Below the pieces are notes generated by a model. The model was not told the origin of the DNA. It was given only the letters and a program-made list of their open reading frames with translations, and did no database searches. This document shows positions 13,161 to 26,033 of a DNA stretch of 64,000 nt, one piece after another; the stretch's first letter is position 1; each line of letters begins with the position of its first letter. This DNA comes from Eledone cirrhosa (lineage: Eukaryota): NCBI GenBank assembly GCA_964016885.1, contig OZ024743.1, forward strand, positions 222,704,001 to 222,768,000, written 5' to 3'. The position numbers and the translations under genes are program-made.

Positions 13161-14957
13161 TTTAGGCAATGAAGAGCTGCTCTTGATCATCCAGTTCTGC
13201 ACCACACTAGATGTATATCATCATAGTCATCATTTTAATGTCTGTTTTCCCTGTTAGCAAGGGTTGGACAAGTCTACATAGACCAAGAACAATGCCCAGC
13301 AACATAGCAACTAGAAATGTAGAAGTAATATAAGTCAAATATGTGACAGAAAGATCAGAGAATAGTCTGACCTGGATGAAAAATCACATTGTTACTGTTG
13401 GGTGACCAAATTTTGGAATGGTGATCGGTTGTCCAGCAAATGTGGTCAGAACATGTGAAGGAGAGTTGCAACACCATCAAATCAATGGACAACTACCATC
13501 ATCATCATCATCATCATTGTTTAACGTTCATTTTCCATGCTTGCATGGATTAGTTGGGTAGTCACATTATGAGACAAGTCAGGTTCAAAGACCATGCCTT
13601 GTTCATATCTGTATTCTGAGTTGGTTTCTATGGCTGGATACCCTTCCTAATGCTAACCACTTTAGTATAGGCTGGGCACTTTTAGTTGAAACACCTACAT
13701 GATCACTTTCCAGTGTGGTTTAGGTGCGTTTTATGTCACCAACACAACATAAATATAATATTAATTTAATCCTTTCATTACCACATTTCTAATGACATAT
13801 ACTGCATATCATATCGGTAGAGGGTTGGATTATGCTTTCCAGCATAGTTACGTCCCTTTACGATCTGAGTTCAATTCCCGCCGAGGTTAACTTTGCCTTT
13901 CATCCTTACGGGGTCGATAAAATAAAGCACCAGTAATGTATTGGGATAATTGCTGGCCTTGTGCCAAAAAGTAGAAACAATTAATTAATGAAGAATTTGT
14001 ATGTATTTACTAAAATTATTAATTATTTCGTTACTAAGATAGTAACTTAACATGGTTTTATATAAAATTACTGGAAGGTTTTAATTTAAACAGGAACACT
14101 TTAAAATGGGTGGATTTGTGCCATAGGAGCAGGGCTGGCTTAGACTGTATTTGATGAATAGGAGTGAAACAAAATCCTTTAAAAAAAAAAGAAAAATTTT
14201 TTTAATATCAAATCGGTTGTTTTTTTATTTTATTTTATTTCTTTACTTTGAATTTAATAAGTTTCAAGAAAGGTCACTTTCAATGGAAGATAAATAGTTC
14301 AAATAAAATTATATTGAAATTATGTTATAGAAAAATAAATAACATTGGAAAATAAATAAATCCATACATGAGAATATAGTTGCATAAATTAGTCATGAGT
14401 GAGTAAAATGGATAGCTTGGTTTGGAAAGACTTTGATAAGAGAGACAAATGTCAACATGAACCACCAGGAGCTCAATAAAGTTGGTCTTTAGCTCTAAAT
14501 TCAGTAGTATTAACTCTTAACATCCTAGAATGATTTAGTAGAAAATATTTTAAAACAGTTTTGTTAATTCAAATGTTTATAGTAGCTTTACTAGAGGACA
14601 GATCGTTGTAAAATTTTGCAGTATTAAAGACTTGAATTTTTTTTTATGTGACGTTTTTCAATGTCTTGCTAATGTGATTTCATGTGGTTTTGGGAATTGA
14701 AATGTTTATAGCATTTTTGTTGTGAAAATTTGCAATATTAGATGCAGCCATAGTGCTCTTTTGTACATTTCAAGAATGTCTGTTAATGTGGTTTTATGTG
14801 GTACTGGATGTTAAGAGTTGAGTAAATGAGATGAATGCCACCACTTAGGATATGGGGCCAGTCTGTAGCAGTAATAAATCTGGCAGCTAGTTTCTATAAG
14901 TTCGATGATTTCAGATATATAACTTTGATTTTTCTTATTTTGTTCAATTTAATTTAA

Positions 14958-15175
14958 CCCTTTAGCATCTACATTACTCTATATTTACTATTGTATTTTC
15001 ATAGTAAACACTTTACCTCACATAATTATCCCACATAATATTGAATCTACGAGATTCTGATATTTATTTTGAGAACAATATCTTAACATAAGTATGAGTG
15101 GCCAGTTACGGCCAGTTTGAACAGAAAGAGGTGAGAGAATTCTGACCAGATATGGCCGGTTTAAATGCTAATGGG
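14958..15175. mobile_element. TTAA-flanked MITE (piggyBac-like ends)
   Basis: TTAA-CCCTTTAGCAT...ATGCTAATGGG-TTAA; same family at 38172-38374 and 49529-49727. Confidence 0.8.
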
Positions 15176-15621
15176 TTAATGTTTTTAACTAGGGAACCTG
15201 GTATTTGGCTGTTAACGTTGTTTGACTATATCCTGCCAACCCAGTATTCTGGTACTGATGACATTTGACTATATTCCACCGACCTGTTACTAATGTGTGT
15301 TTGACAATATCCTGCCAGTCTAGTATTTTGGTACTCACAATATTTGACTATATCACCCCAATCCAGTAATCTGTTCTGCTATATATATGGAGGAGGGGAT
15401 GTCCATGTCTATGCTCATGACCCGTGATTAATGATTCAACAAAAAGAGATTGGTAACATAAGCATCAGACTTGGAAAAAATAAGTACTGGGGTCGATATG
15501 ATCAACTTCACGGCAGTGCCCCAGCATGGCCACAGTCTAATGACTGAAACCAGTAAAAGAATAATTAAAAGAACTGAAAAAAAAAAAGTAATATATTTGT
15601 CTGGAAGAATTGATTAATTTA

Positions 15622-16115
15622 TTAGGAGATGAGTTTGTAATCAGGATTCCATTCTGTTAGCATGCCAATATAGGAAGAAATCATTCCAAGGAGACCCAGT
15701 ACTCCTGGGGAAAGGTTAACTTGACGTAACATGGCCATTGACAAAGGTAAGTCTGAGGTATTACGTATTAGATCAAATAATATTGGTTTGTTTTTCAGCA
15801 AACTATAAACATACAGTTGTAATCCAGAGCAATTCTTTATAGTTTCTTTGTCAGTCGCACACTGGAGCTGGTAAAGATCCTTTCCAATACCGAACATAAT
15901 ACTTGCCAACCAGAACTGGGCAGCTAACTCAGAAATCCTAGAACGGTTGATCTTTACAACACCAACACGATCCAACCAAATCATATTATCAAACAGCAGA
16001 AACAAAGCGCTATTAATCTTCACCAAAGAAACCAATGTTCTCAAGACTACATCATCAATGTGGAAAGCCTTAAATGTACTGTTTAACACTTCAAAACTCT
16101 TCCCAAAACGAAACA
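15622..16115 (-). CDS. PEX11: PEX11 exon 3 (terminal)
   Basis: ttcag|TG TTT CGT TTT GGG, encodes (M)FRFGKS...LFLLFDNMIWL...FWLASI...DLIRNTSDL...GVLGLLGMISSYIG...KLIS*, the typical PEX11 C-terminal half. Confidence 0.93.
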
Positions 16116-17707
16116 CTGAAAAATATAAGAAAAAATTAAAATTGATGTTATTTCAAAATTTTTTTTTTCTTATTATTTATTTCTCTAGTCATGTATAAAT
16201 TTAAAATACTAGGATTTTTTTCAACACGCTGACACTGTTGCGACACATGGCCATTTAAATCTGGCAGAGCTCATTTATATTCAGTTCTGAACACAGTCAA
16301 TTTCAGAGAGAGAGAAAAAGATATATAGAAGAGGAATTGACCCTAGTTCCAGACTAGGTACTATATTTATTGAAAGGATGAAAGGCAAAGTTAATTTTGG
16401 TGGCATTTGAACTCAAAGTGGAAAGAGCTGGAACAAATATCACAAAACGATCTATCTAATGTGCTAACGACTCTGCCAATTTGCTACCTTAAATCTTTCC
16501 TTGCGATATTTCTGATGAAAGCCACTGCCTATGATTTTCAAACAATCTTGATAATAAACAAGAATTATTAAGTTCATGTTTGGAGTATAGCAAAATAAAA
16601 GTTCTTACATAAAATGATAATGATGGAAGGTTTCAATTAAATATGAACATGACTTAATAAAGCTTCTCACGTAAAATTATGATGGAATGTTTTTAGATAA
16701 ATATGTATGGACCTGTAACTCCCGCGGGAGTCCTAGAGGCATCATATTGATATACAGTATTTCTTAGGGCATTTTGAAATCTGACAGAGCCCATCATCTC
16801 TCCAGGCTTGAATACAGCAGTTTTTTTCTAGAGAAGGATAGAGAGTTAGAGAATGGAAGTGAGAAAGAATCGATCCCAGTACTTGATTGGTACTTTTTTT
16901 ATTGATCTCGAATGGATGAAAGGCAAATCAAACTCGGCGGGATTTGAACTCAGGGAGCAGAGAGCTGAAATGAATACAGCAAAGCATTCTATCCGATGTT
17001 CTAACAACTCTGCCTATTGCACCAATGTAAGCTATATCTGAAACCAAGTATACAAGAAAGAGTTATACGTTCTACTGGGAAGAAGATTTTATCATCGTCA
17101 CTCTTAAAAGCAAAATGTCAGCTTTCAATCAGTAAATAAAGAGTTACGTCCCTTGAAGAGCTCATTTGTCATCTTTGGTAAATAGTAGATTGTTTCAAGG
17201 TGGCGAATTGGCAGAGTCGTTAGAATGTTTTGCAGTGTTCGTTCCAGTTCTATACGCTCTGAATTCAAATCCCGCCGAGGTCAACTTTGTTACTTTTTTT
17301 TATTGACCTTGAAAGGATGAAAGGCAGTGTAGTACTGGGGTCGATTCCTCACTTTCATTCTCTCACTCTGAAAGAAATCTGCTGTATTCAGACCTGAAGA
17401 GAAGTTGGACCCTGCCAGATTTTAAAATGCCCTTGAAACGCCGTATGTCAATACGTCGTCCCTACGACTCCTTCAGAGGTTACAGGACCATGCATGCATA
17501 TTGTTTCAGTGATTTTTGTTAATTTATTGTTCCTGTTATTTTTGGACAGCATTATTCAGGTTGACCTGAGCAGACTAATCCTATGAACAAATTGCTCCTG
17601 CTTCTACGATACAAAGCAATATATTTTAGCCCCTTTATGACCGCATTTGTAATGAAATAAACTATTTTAATTACAAATAAGTATGTTTTGAAACAGCAAG
17701 TGAGTTT

Positions 17708-17911
17708 GAAATTAGAAATGGAAGCTTTCGCTGTATTTTTTTTACTAAAGAAATTTTAGCCTGATAGTGGGGTTTAGAACCCTCTAAGAAATGTAAAAAA
17801 AAGTACATCAATACTCATCGTTTTCCATTTCTTAGAGGATTCTAAACCCCACTATCAGGCTAAAATTTCTTTAGTAAAAAAAATATGGCAAAAGCTTCCA
17901 TTTCTAATTTC
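17708..17911. mobile_element. Foldback MITE-like inverted repeat (86-bp arms) in PEX11 intron 2
   Basis: 17708-17793 is the reverse complement of 17826-17911 with about 4 mismatches; 32-bp spacer. Confidence 0.8.
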
Positions 17912-18555
17912 TATTTTAATTAATTAATTGTTTCTACTTTTGGCACAAGGCTAACAATTATACTAGTACTTTACTGGTACTTTATTTTATCGACCCCCAT
18001 AAGGATGAAAGACGAAGTTAACCTTGGCGGGATTTGAACTCAGATCATAAAGAGCCGTAACTATGCTGCAAAGCATGGTGTACAACTCTCTACCAATACT
18101 GCCAATAATGAAGAAGTATTGAGAGATTTACTAAAATTATTTATTAGTTCATTACTAAGATATGGTTCTTATATCAAATCTGCTGAATCATTTTAATTTA
18201 AATAAGTACCCTTTAAAATGTGTGGTTTTGTTTCATTGAACCAGAGCCAGTTTTGACTAAGTTAATATCAAAAGGATTAAAGTGTTTATATTTATTTGAA
18301 TACCTTCCATATAATTCTGTTAAGTTATGTTTCAAATGCCAGCTTAATAATTAATAACTATTACTAAACTCTTCAAAATTCTTGATTATTTTCAAAATGA
18401 TTTCAAAATTCTAGCTAGTGTCTACCATTAGAAATACTGTAAGAAAATAGTGAAGTTTGGCACCCTACTGATTGTGACCCTTACCCATCTACTCATCACT
18501 GTTTCTCCCTAGTTATAAATTAGTTACAATAAAAATAACAAAAGTAATAACATAC

Positions 18556-18671
18556 TTTTGCGAGACAAGCTGATGGAACTGTCCAGTAATTTTAACTTTT
18601 TCACCAGGGAAGTTTTGTAGTGACTTTTCTGAATGTACCACCAAGCAAATTTACTGCTGTACTGAATCATT
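18556..18671 (-). CDS. PEX11: PEX11 exon 2
   Basis: Not in the ORF track. tttatttctag|A ATG ATT CAG TAC...CGC AAA A|gtatg, 116 nt, encodes (R)MIQYSSKFAWWYIQKSHYKTSLVKKLKLLDSSISLSRK. Phases join exons 1 and 3 in frame; contains the QY and SxxRK motifs of PEX11. Confidence 0.92.
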
Positions 18672-19409
18672 CTAGAAATAAAGACAAACATAATAATATA
18701 CATAAATATATATATAGAAAACCCGCCAGACAGTCCTATGCGAGCAAGACAACCACTCTTGCCTCAAGTGGGAAAACTCCCGTCCAAACCCATGCAAGCG
18801 TGGAACATGGACGTTAAACGATGATGATGATGATACAATATATTAACAAATGGAAACTATATTTATAAAACCATATTTATTTCATTATACATATTTCAAG
18901 GGCCGCCAAGGTAAACTATGGTGCGCTTTCATCAGATAAAATATAATATAGGTTAGTTTTATAAATAAATATTGACATACCCTTAAAAAATGCAACCATT
19001 CTGGTTGGAATCTCCTGGATAGTGGAGTTATTAGATTTATTGTTGGTTTATTATGCAAATTAGTGTCGGAAAGGTTTAAATAACAGTATATTTAAATTAA
19101 GCCGTTGGAATAGGGAAAAAAGAAAGAAAGAGAAAAAAGGGGAAAAAACGAAAGAGAGAATAGCGTAATTTTGAGAGAAGAGGCGAAGAAGTAAAAATAG
19201 CGTGGATGAATACCGTAGCATGAATAAACAATAATAAAGATAAGTTGAAGAATTTTATCTAATGTTTAATTAATACATTTGATTAAATGCTTAATTAATA
19301 ATTTATCAATTCAATCCGTAGTTTAAATGTTTAAATGTGTATGTTAGATTATTAAAGTTGAGACCTATATATTATTAAAGAATATATATTAAAATATATA
19401 TATATATAT

Positions 19410-19548
19410 GGGTCCAGAATTAGCTGTCGAAACGGCTTGAGCTCAGCCGTCGGGGTCTTACTTGTTCCTATTACCCACTCTACTACCCTAAGTATTGAGT
19501 ACTTTGGTGCGTTATGGTCCACCTGGTTCCTTACCACATTTCCTTCGT
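19410..19548 (+). mobile_element. Truncated Penelope-like terminus with the 3' half of a hammerhead
   Basis: GAAACGGCT-TGAGCTC-AGCCGTC (stem III plus GUC, 19429-19451), then AGTATTGAGTACT. The 3' end TGGTCCA..GGTTCCTTACCAC..TTCCTTCG recurs at 2951-2983. Both copies sit in (TA)n. Confidence 0.5.
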
Positions 19549-19575
19549 TATATATATATATATATATATATATTC

Positions 19576-20117
19576 AGTAATAGAGAAGACCCGCTTTACC
19601 TAAAATACAAAGTAAAACCTACTACAGTCAGTAGGCATCTCTATCAAAACACACCCCCGTCCCACCACCCCCACCCCATCCACACCGCCCCTTTCAATGT
19701 AAAGTTATGTTGGTGCCACAACATCCAGGCTGAAACAAATGAGATCGTGTAGGTGTCACGACAAAAAAAACACACAGTCCACGCTGTAAATGTGGCCGTG
19801 TAGGCAACACGGTAAAAACCTCCCAGCCCCACACTGTAAATGTGGTTGGTGTTAGGAAGGGCATCCAGCTGTAGAAAACCCGCCAGACAGTCCACGCTGT
19901 AATGTGGCCGTGTAGGCAACACGGTAAAAACCTCCCAGCCCCACACTGTAAATGTGGTTGGTGTTAGGAAGGGCATCCAGCTGTAGAAAACCCGCCAGAC
20001 AGTCCTATGCGAGCAAGACAACCACTCTTGCCTCAAGTGGGAAAACCCCCGTCCAAACCCATGCAAGCGTGGAACACGGACGTTAAACGTTGATGATGAT
20101 GATGATGATGATGATGA
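19576..20117 (+). mobile_element. RTE 3' UTR-only insertion with an internal ~113-bp tandem duplication
   Basis: Matches the LINE 3' UTR; block from CAGTCCACGCTG to CCCGCCAGA repeated at about 19775 and 19888. Shorter copies at about 11752-11908 and 18714-18833. Confidence 0.85.
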
Positions 20118-21532
20118 TATATACATACTGAGAGAGAGAGAGATAAAGCATGAACTATAAGTCAAGGAAGCAACAAAAAGGGTAGGGTATAAGTCAATTA
20201 ACGAATCTCAGCATTTAACTGGTACATAACAATTCATTATAAGTGGATTGGCAGTATCGGTAGAGGGTCGGACGCCATGCTTTCCAGCATAGTTACGTCC
20301 CTTTACGATCTGAGTTCAAATCCCGCCGAGGTTGACTTTACCTTTCATCCTTACGGGGTCGATAAAATAAAGTACCAGTAATGCACTGGATAATTGCTGG
20401 CCTTGTGCCTAAAAGTAGAAACAATTATAAGTAGTCTCAGCAAAAATGACAAGTAGAAATACAACAAAACCGATTACAGTTATCTCCCTTAAACGTGTTT
20501 TCTGCTTTCTAGTTTTCTCCTCAGTCAATTGGGCTTTACAGGACTGGCTAGAAGATCCACTCCTCTTTGGATTAAAAGGGCTGATCTATGGGTGGTTGCT
20601 GTTGAATCGAAACACCCAATGATCCCAGGTCAAATCACTGATGATGCATCCCAGCTCAAATACGAGGGTGTATCATGCATACGCAGCCACCACAGCCAAG
20701 GCCAGTTGGAACATCTTCAGTCAGTTCATGTGTGTCCAGGACATAACCGCTTCCCATGATAAAGCGCATCCAATGCATTCTGGAAAGTGGTTGATATTAG
20801 GAATGGCATCCAGATAGAGAAACCATGCTTAAAAGGGCTGAGGATTCTTCAGTCTACCTCAAAAGTATTTGGTGCCATGATAAAATGCACCCAGTACATT
20901 CTTTAAAGTGGTCAGAATTAAGAAGGGCATCTAGCAATAGAGACCATGCCAAAAATGGTTGAGAAGACTATCAGTCGTATCTAGGGCATGGCAACCACTC
21001 TAGTGTGTAGTGTCACAATAAAATGTAACTGTAGTTAAGTGGTTGGTATTAGGAAGGGTGTCCAGCTGTAAAAAAAAAACATACCAAACAAAGATTTGCT
21101 AGGACTCTTCAGTTGTCAAGGATATGACAACCTCCATAGCTTTGGTGCCACAATAAATTGCACCCAGCGCTATTTGTAAAGTGAGTGGTGATAGGAAAGA
21201 CATCCATGCCAAAAAGAAGAGAGCTGACTCTTCAGTTGTGTCAAGGACATGATAACCTCCCTAGTGCCTAGTACTATAATAAAATGTACTCAGTATAATA
21301 TGTAAAGTGATTGGTATGACACATACATACAACATACACATATATTCTTAGTAAAAAAAACGATCTAGAATTCGAGGTGAGTGGGCCTCCTCAAAATTGT
21401 AGGTCCACACGAACTGGCCCAAGCCTGATCTGACCTGCTTACATCTGAATAGATTTGTCATTGGTTAAATCAATAGATATACTCTGTAGCACATTGGAAC
21501 AAAATGCTATTAACACACCAACGCACCATTGG

Positions 21533-21588
<56 letters not shown>

Positions 21589-21892
21589 GGGGGGAGAAAG
21601 ACAGAAATAAAATGTAAATAAACAAAGCATATCAATACCATCCCACATGTCAGTCAACAAAGGAAACAACCAATGGTTTCAATGACCGACTAATTATAAA
21701 CAATGAACCAAGTTGTTAGGAAACAATGAAGAATATAGACAACTAATGTGTTTAGGGTTAACTGGTTGTGAGGAAGCCTTCAATGGCATTGAATTCCAGC
21801 TGTGCTTCAAGCTCTTATTGATTAGGGATACATCAAACTTATATACACACTAGTGAATTTGTGTCATCAAAATGACAACAGTTTTATATCCT

Positions 21893-23549
21893 CATCATCA
21901 TCATTGTTTAACGTCCATCTTCCACACTTGCATGGGTTTGGACGGGAATTTTCCCACTTGAGGCAAAATTGGTTGTCTTGCTCGTGGTTGTCTGGCGGGT
22001 TTTCTACGGCTGGATGCCCTTCCTAACACCAACCACGTTTACAGTGTGGACTGGGAGGTTTTTACTGTGTTACCTACATGGCCACATTACAGCGTGGACT
22101 GTGTTTTTTTGTCGTGACACCTACACGACCTCATTCATTTGGTACCAACATAACTTTACATTGAAAGGGGTGGTGTGGATGGGGTGGGGGTAGTGGGACG
22201 GGGGTGTATTTTTATTAGAGGTGCCTACTGACTGTAGGTTTCGCTTTGTACTTAGGCAAGGCGGGTCTTCTGTATTACTGTGTAGCGCCAAAGATGTCGG
22301 TCCAGTGACATTGTCTTGGAAAGGTGTAAGTGTGTGAGGTCGGAATTTATCAAGTCGTCCCAGGTTTTTCTGGGTCTGCCTACTCCGTGGCTACCGTCTA
22401 TTTTTATCGCCCTGCACTTTTTTATACAGCTGTCGTCTTTCATGCGCATCACGTGACCATACCAACGTAGTCTTCTCTCGAGTAAACAACATCTGATCCC
22501 TCTTATTTCTAATTTCTCCCTTAGTTCGTTTATGCTTTGCCGTTCACGTATATTAATATTACACATCCAGCGGAGTATGCAAGCTTCGTTCCTCTCCAGT
22601 CTGCGTATATCCTCTGCACACAATGCCCAGGTCTCACTGCCATGTAACATTGCTGTTCGTATGCAGGCATCATACAGCCTGCCTTTCATTTTTAGAGAGA
22701 ACCCTTTAGCGGCCAATAGTGGTATAAGCTCTCTGAACTTTTTCCATCCCGTTCTGACTCTAGCTACTGTACTTTCAGAGCACCCTCCACCACTGCTGAT
22801 TTTGTCACCCAGGTAACGGAAGGTGTCCACTATTTCTATAGAACCATCTGTGCAATGGAATGAGCTAGTATTCTGTGGGCACTTGCTGCTACTTATTGCA
22901 CCAGAGCACCGGCCACATATAAAATCTATATTCTTAGTTAGCTTACCTGTGATCCCACTACATCTTTTATGCACCCATACTTTGCATTTGGGACATAAAA
23001 TGGAGTTTCTGCCTACTCCTTTCCTACACACTCACCATGGCCATTTCCCAGATGGGACTGGTGCCCTATTTTCCTTCCTACAAACTATAACTTTAATCTT
23101 AGACAGGTTAATTTTAAGGCCTTTTGATTCTAGGCCATGCTTCCATGTTTGGAATTTCTTCTCTAGTTCGGCCATTGATTCAGCTATGAGCGTTAGATCA
23201 TCTGCGTATAGGAGTTCCTATGGGCAGCCGGTCTTGAACTCCTCCTGAAGGGCAATAATAAATAGTAGAGGGCTAAGAACGGAGCCCTGATGAACAACTT
23301 TTACGCTAAACTCTTCACTATATTCGTTGTTAATTCTAACCTTGCTGACTGTTTCTTTATACATGGCTTGTATAGCTCTCACAAGCCATTCATCAACACC
23401 TAGTTTTCTAAGAGCCCACCAGATAATGGAGCGGGGGACTCTGTCAAAGGCTTTCTCCAAGTCAACAAAAGCTAACTATAGGGGTTTACTTTTAGCTAGG
23501 TACTTCTCCTGTAGTTGCCGTACAATGAAAAGAGCGTCTGTGGTACTTT
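21893..23549 (-). mobile_element. RTE-clade LINE, 5'-truncated, in PEX11 intron 1
   Basis: Same family as 8.6-10.6 kb: EKAFDRVPR, HQGSVLSP, PHD-like finger, FRYLGDK, RRLRWYGHVMR, same 3' UTR. Confidence 0.95.
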
Positions 23550-24947
23550 TATATATTGTAGAGAATGTTCTTCAATAGAAACCCATGAAGGTTCTATATG
23601 TCAATGTTTACTGCAACCTCTCTGGTGTTGGTGCCATGATAAAATCACCCACTATGCTCTATATAGGGTAGAGGGGACTCTCTAGTCTTGTTGGGTATGA
23701 CAACCTCTCTAATGATAAAATCACCCACTATACTCTATAATGTGGTTGATGATCATCAGAGAGAATATAAGGTAGAGAGAACACTTTAGTCTGGTTGAGA
23801 ATATGATAACCTCTCTAGTGTTAGTGCCATAATAAAATGCATTCAGTACATCCTGTAAGGTGATTGGTTTTATGTAAACACTGAAATAAGATTCTTGCCA
23901 AACATTGGCCAACTTTCTTATTCAACTTGCAATGAATATTTTTCATTTTTGTGAGAAATCTTATTTTTGTTCTGAATAGTTAACTGAAATATCTATTGTG
24001 TTAATATTTATTATTCTTTTGGCAATGTATAATCCTTTCTAAATGTCAAATTACTGTGGTAATCATCATCATCATCATTTTACGTCTGCTTTCCATACTG
24101 TTATAGGTGGGATAGATTCTCAATATTGGAGAGACTTCATTTTGCTCATATATTCTGTATTTGGCATGGTTTCTACTGCCAGATGCTCTTTCCAATATCA
24201 ACCACTTTACAGAGTGCACCTGGTGCCTTTTATCATAACACCAGCACTATCACAAGAGGAGGAGGAGGTGGAACCCCCATTCCAGCCACTTGTATTCATG
24301 ATCGTAATCTATTAGTCATTACCACAGGTAAGGGTAGGCACAAACACTGAATTGAAGTTAGCGAGTTTGGCTTTTACACCTACTACACTTCTTCAGATGA
24401 CCAAGTGTTGAAGCTACCACATTATTGCACTCGCTCCCCACTTCTATGTCAACCACTTTACAGAGTGTACTGGGTGCATTTATCATGGCACCATCACTAC
24501 CACTTACTATATATACTAAGAGGGTCATGGGGTCATTACATAAAATATAATACAACACAAAACAAAAAAGGGTTGATACAAAATTTCTTTAAAAAGGATT
24601 TTATGATGAGTTTGAAGCTTATCATGGGGCCTGCAATGTTAACTTTAGCAGGGAAAATAGCTTTAAAATGCTTCTGGTTGATTACATTCTATTATAATGC
24701 ATGAAATATAAAAATAGACAAGAGAAATTATTGTAAGTGATTACCTGTTGTGAGTGAAGGTGCTCAGCCTAGTAGTTAGGGTGTTGGGCTTATAGCTGCA
24801 ATGTCATGGGTTCGATTCCTGGACTGGCTGACACAGCGTGTTCTTGAACAAAACACTTCATTTTATGTTGCTCCAGTTCACTAAGCTGAAAATGTGTACC
24901 AGCAACAACTGGGGTTTAACCCAGTGATGGACTGAGAATCTTGTAAT

Positions 24948-26033
24948 CTCAGTTACTTAACACCAATGAAACTGGGAAGAGCTCCAGTCTGATAAACCTC
25001 AGTTACTTAACACCAATGAAACTGGGACGAGCTCCAGTCTAATAAACCTCAGTTACTTAACACCAATGAAACTGGGAAGAGCTCCAGTCTAATAAACTTC
25101 AGTTACTTAACACCAATGAAACTGGAAAGAGCTCCAGTCTGATAAACCTCAGTTACTTAACACCAATGAAACTGGGAAGAGCTCCAGTCTGATAAACCTC
25201 AGTTACTTAACACCAATGAAACTGGGAAGAGCTCTAGTCTGATAAACCTCAGTTACTTAACACCAATGAAACTGGGAAGAGCTCTAGTCTGATAAACCTC
25301 AGTTACTTAACACCAATGAAACTGGGAAGAGCTCCAGTCTGATAAACCTCAGTTACTTAACACCAATGAAACTGGGAAGAGCTCCAGTCTGATAAACCTC
25401 AGTTACTTAACACCAATGAAACTGGGAAGAGCTCTAGTCTGATAAACCTCAGTTACTTAACACCAATGAAACTGGGAAGAGCTCCAGTCTGATAAACCTC
25501 AGTTACTTAACACCAATGAAACTGGGAAGAGCTCCAGTCTGATAAACCTCAGTTACTTAACACCAATGAAACTAGGAAGAGTTCCAGCTTGAACCTCAGT
25601 TACTTAACATCTATGAAACTGGGGAGAGCTCCAGTCTGATGAACCTCAGTTACTTAACACCAATGAAACTAGGAAGAGTTCCAGCTTGAACCTCAGTTAC
25701 TTAACATCTATGAAACTGGGGAGAGCTCCAGTCTGATGAACCTCAGTTACTTAACACCAGTGAATCTGGGAAGAGATCCAGCTTGAACCTCAGTTACTTA
25801 ACACCAGTGAATCTGGGAAGAGATCCGTCTGATGAACCTCAGTTACTTAACACCAGTGAATCTGGGAAGAGCTCCAGTCTGATGAACCTCAGTTACTTAA
25901 CACCAATGAAACTAGGAAGAGCTCCAGCTTGAACGTCAGTTACTTAACATCTATGAATCTGGGAAGAGATCCAGTCTGATGAACCTCAGTTACTTAACAC
26001 CAGTGAATCTGGGAAGAGATCCAGCTTGAACCT
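24948..26033. repeat. 50-bp minisatellite, about 22 copies, inside a SINE
   Basis: Unit CTCAGTTACTTAACACCAATGAAACTGGGAAGAGCTCCAGTCTGATAAAC, with shorter variants in the right third. Confidence 0.95.

Noticed and set aside
20600-20680. GAAAC...CTGATGA arrangement resembling a type II hammerhead
   Set aside because: Stem III cannot be paired to an NUH and no GAAA follows the hairpin.
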